From Octopus bimaculoides (Eukaryota), in assembly GCF_001194135.2 (NCBI RefSeq), contig NC_069002.1, forward strand, positions 16,363,351-16,427,120: DNA of 63,770 bases, in the 5' to 3' direction. Made by a program: the position numbers and the translations under genes. Below, piece after piece: positions 62,664 to 63,770 of this stretch. Each line of letters starts with the position of its first letter. The first letter of the stretch is position 1. The notes beneath the pieces were generated by a model. It saw nothing but the letters and a program-made list of their open reading frames with translations. It did not search any database and was not told the DNA's origin.

Positions 62664-63770
62664 GTAAGTTGTTATATTTTCTGTGAGAAAATCTTGTTGA
62701 TATTTAGAAATGTTTGTCTGAGTTCTCCATTCTCACAGAATGAAGAATGTTTTGTTCTATAACTGAAGCTTTAAATCATCATCTTGGGTGCTTCCTCTGC
62801 TAATCCTGTGGATTAAGGTCTCAGTAGGGGTACTGACTGTGACCACCCTTATAAGGTACACATTTCAGTGAGATGCGTGAGCATCATGGCCTTCTTGTTT
62901 CTTATTTCTTATTTCTTTATTGCCCACAAGGGGCTAAACATAGAGGGGGACAAACAAGGACAGACAAAGGGATTAAGTCGATTACATCGACCCCAGTACG
63001 CAACTGGTACTTAATTTACCGACCTCGAAAGGATGAAAGGCAAAGTCGACCTCGGTGGAATTTGAACTCAGAACGTAACAGCAGACGAAATATCGCTAAG
63101 CATTTCGCCCGGCAGGGTAACGTCTCTGCCAGCTCACCGCCTTCTTGTTTCTAAATATCCTACTTCATTCACCAACTGCCTTCAACTTCACTGTTAGACT
63201 CTGTGCTAATCTACTCAATCTCTTGGTCAATTTCCCTCGTCCTCTTTTTCTTCAATTGAATTGAGCCCTCATAGCACTCTTTATTACAACCTATACACCA
63301 ATATTCTGGGACTTTGGACCAACCTGCTCACCAACCAACCAACCAACCAGCCAACCAACGTATCATATATCTCCTTCCAATTCCTCTCTCTGCTGCCCAG
63401 GTAACATTCTATTGACAGAATCTAAAGACCTAGAGTGTTAGATTCCTTGATATGCAGACAGCTGATCAAAATACAATTTATCAAACAGTTGGCTTTTAAA
63501 AACCAATCAATTGAAGTGACATTTGATTGAAGCAGTAATTAGTAACAAATTTTTAAATAATTTCACTGGGAATTTAGCAGAAAATTCCCCAAAATGTTTT
63601 TTTTTTTTTTGTATTCAAATGTTTATATCAGTTATAACTTGCAGTTAGATTATTGTGAAAATTTGCCGTATTGCAGAAAAAGCAGTTTTTTGTAATATAG
63701 TCATTTTTGCTAAAAGTAATGTCGTGCACATGTGATTATCAATTACATAACTAAAAGAAACATACACAAA

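Overview
AT-rich, microsatellite- and SINE-dense animal genomic DNA with eight N gaps. The repeat families look like those of octopus (inference). The one gene I can identify is WDR1/AIP1 (actin-interacting protein 1, double WD40 propeller) on the + strand. Thirteen coding exons could be read and joined in frame: ATG at 17750, a 24.1-kb first intron, and the last visible exon at 62556-62663. That gives 458 codons; the C-terminal ~140 aa lie beyond the window. One intron (57801-58813) is a minor-spliceosome (U12) AT-AC intron. The rest is mobile DNA: a 5'-truncated R4/Dong-like RLE LINE just upstream of the promoter, RTE and CR1/L2-like LINE fragments, a decayed Sleeping-Beauty-like Tc1 element, a mariner fragment, piggyBac-type MITEs and several tRNA-derived SINE families. 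The most unusual structures are (i) a 352-bp, ~99% identical inverted duplication of transposase sequence inside the Tc1 element, (ii) inverted SINE pairs bracketing the in-frame exon 3-5 block, (iii) the LINE sitting in a (CATA)n tract, (iv) VNTR-like modules in RTE 3' UTRs, and (v) two foldback hairpins. Almost all entries in the supplied ORF track are microsatellite, N-gap or TE artefacts. Coordinates were counted by hand; TE boundaries are approximate.
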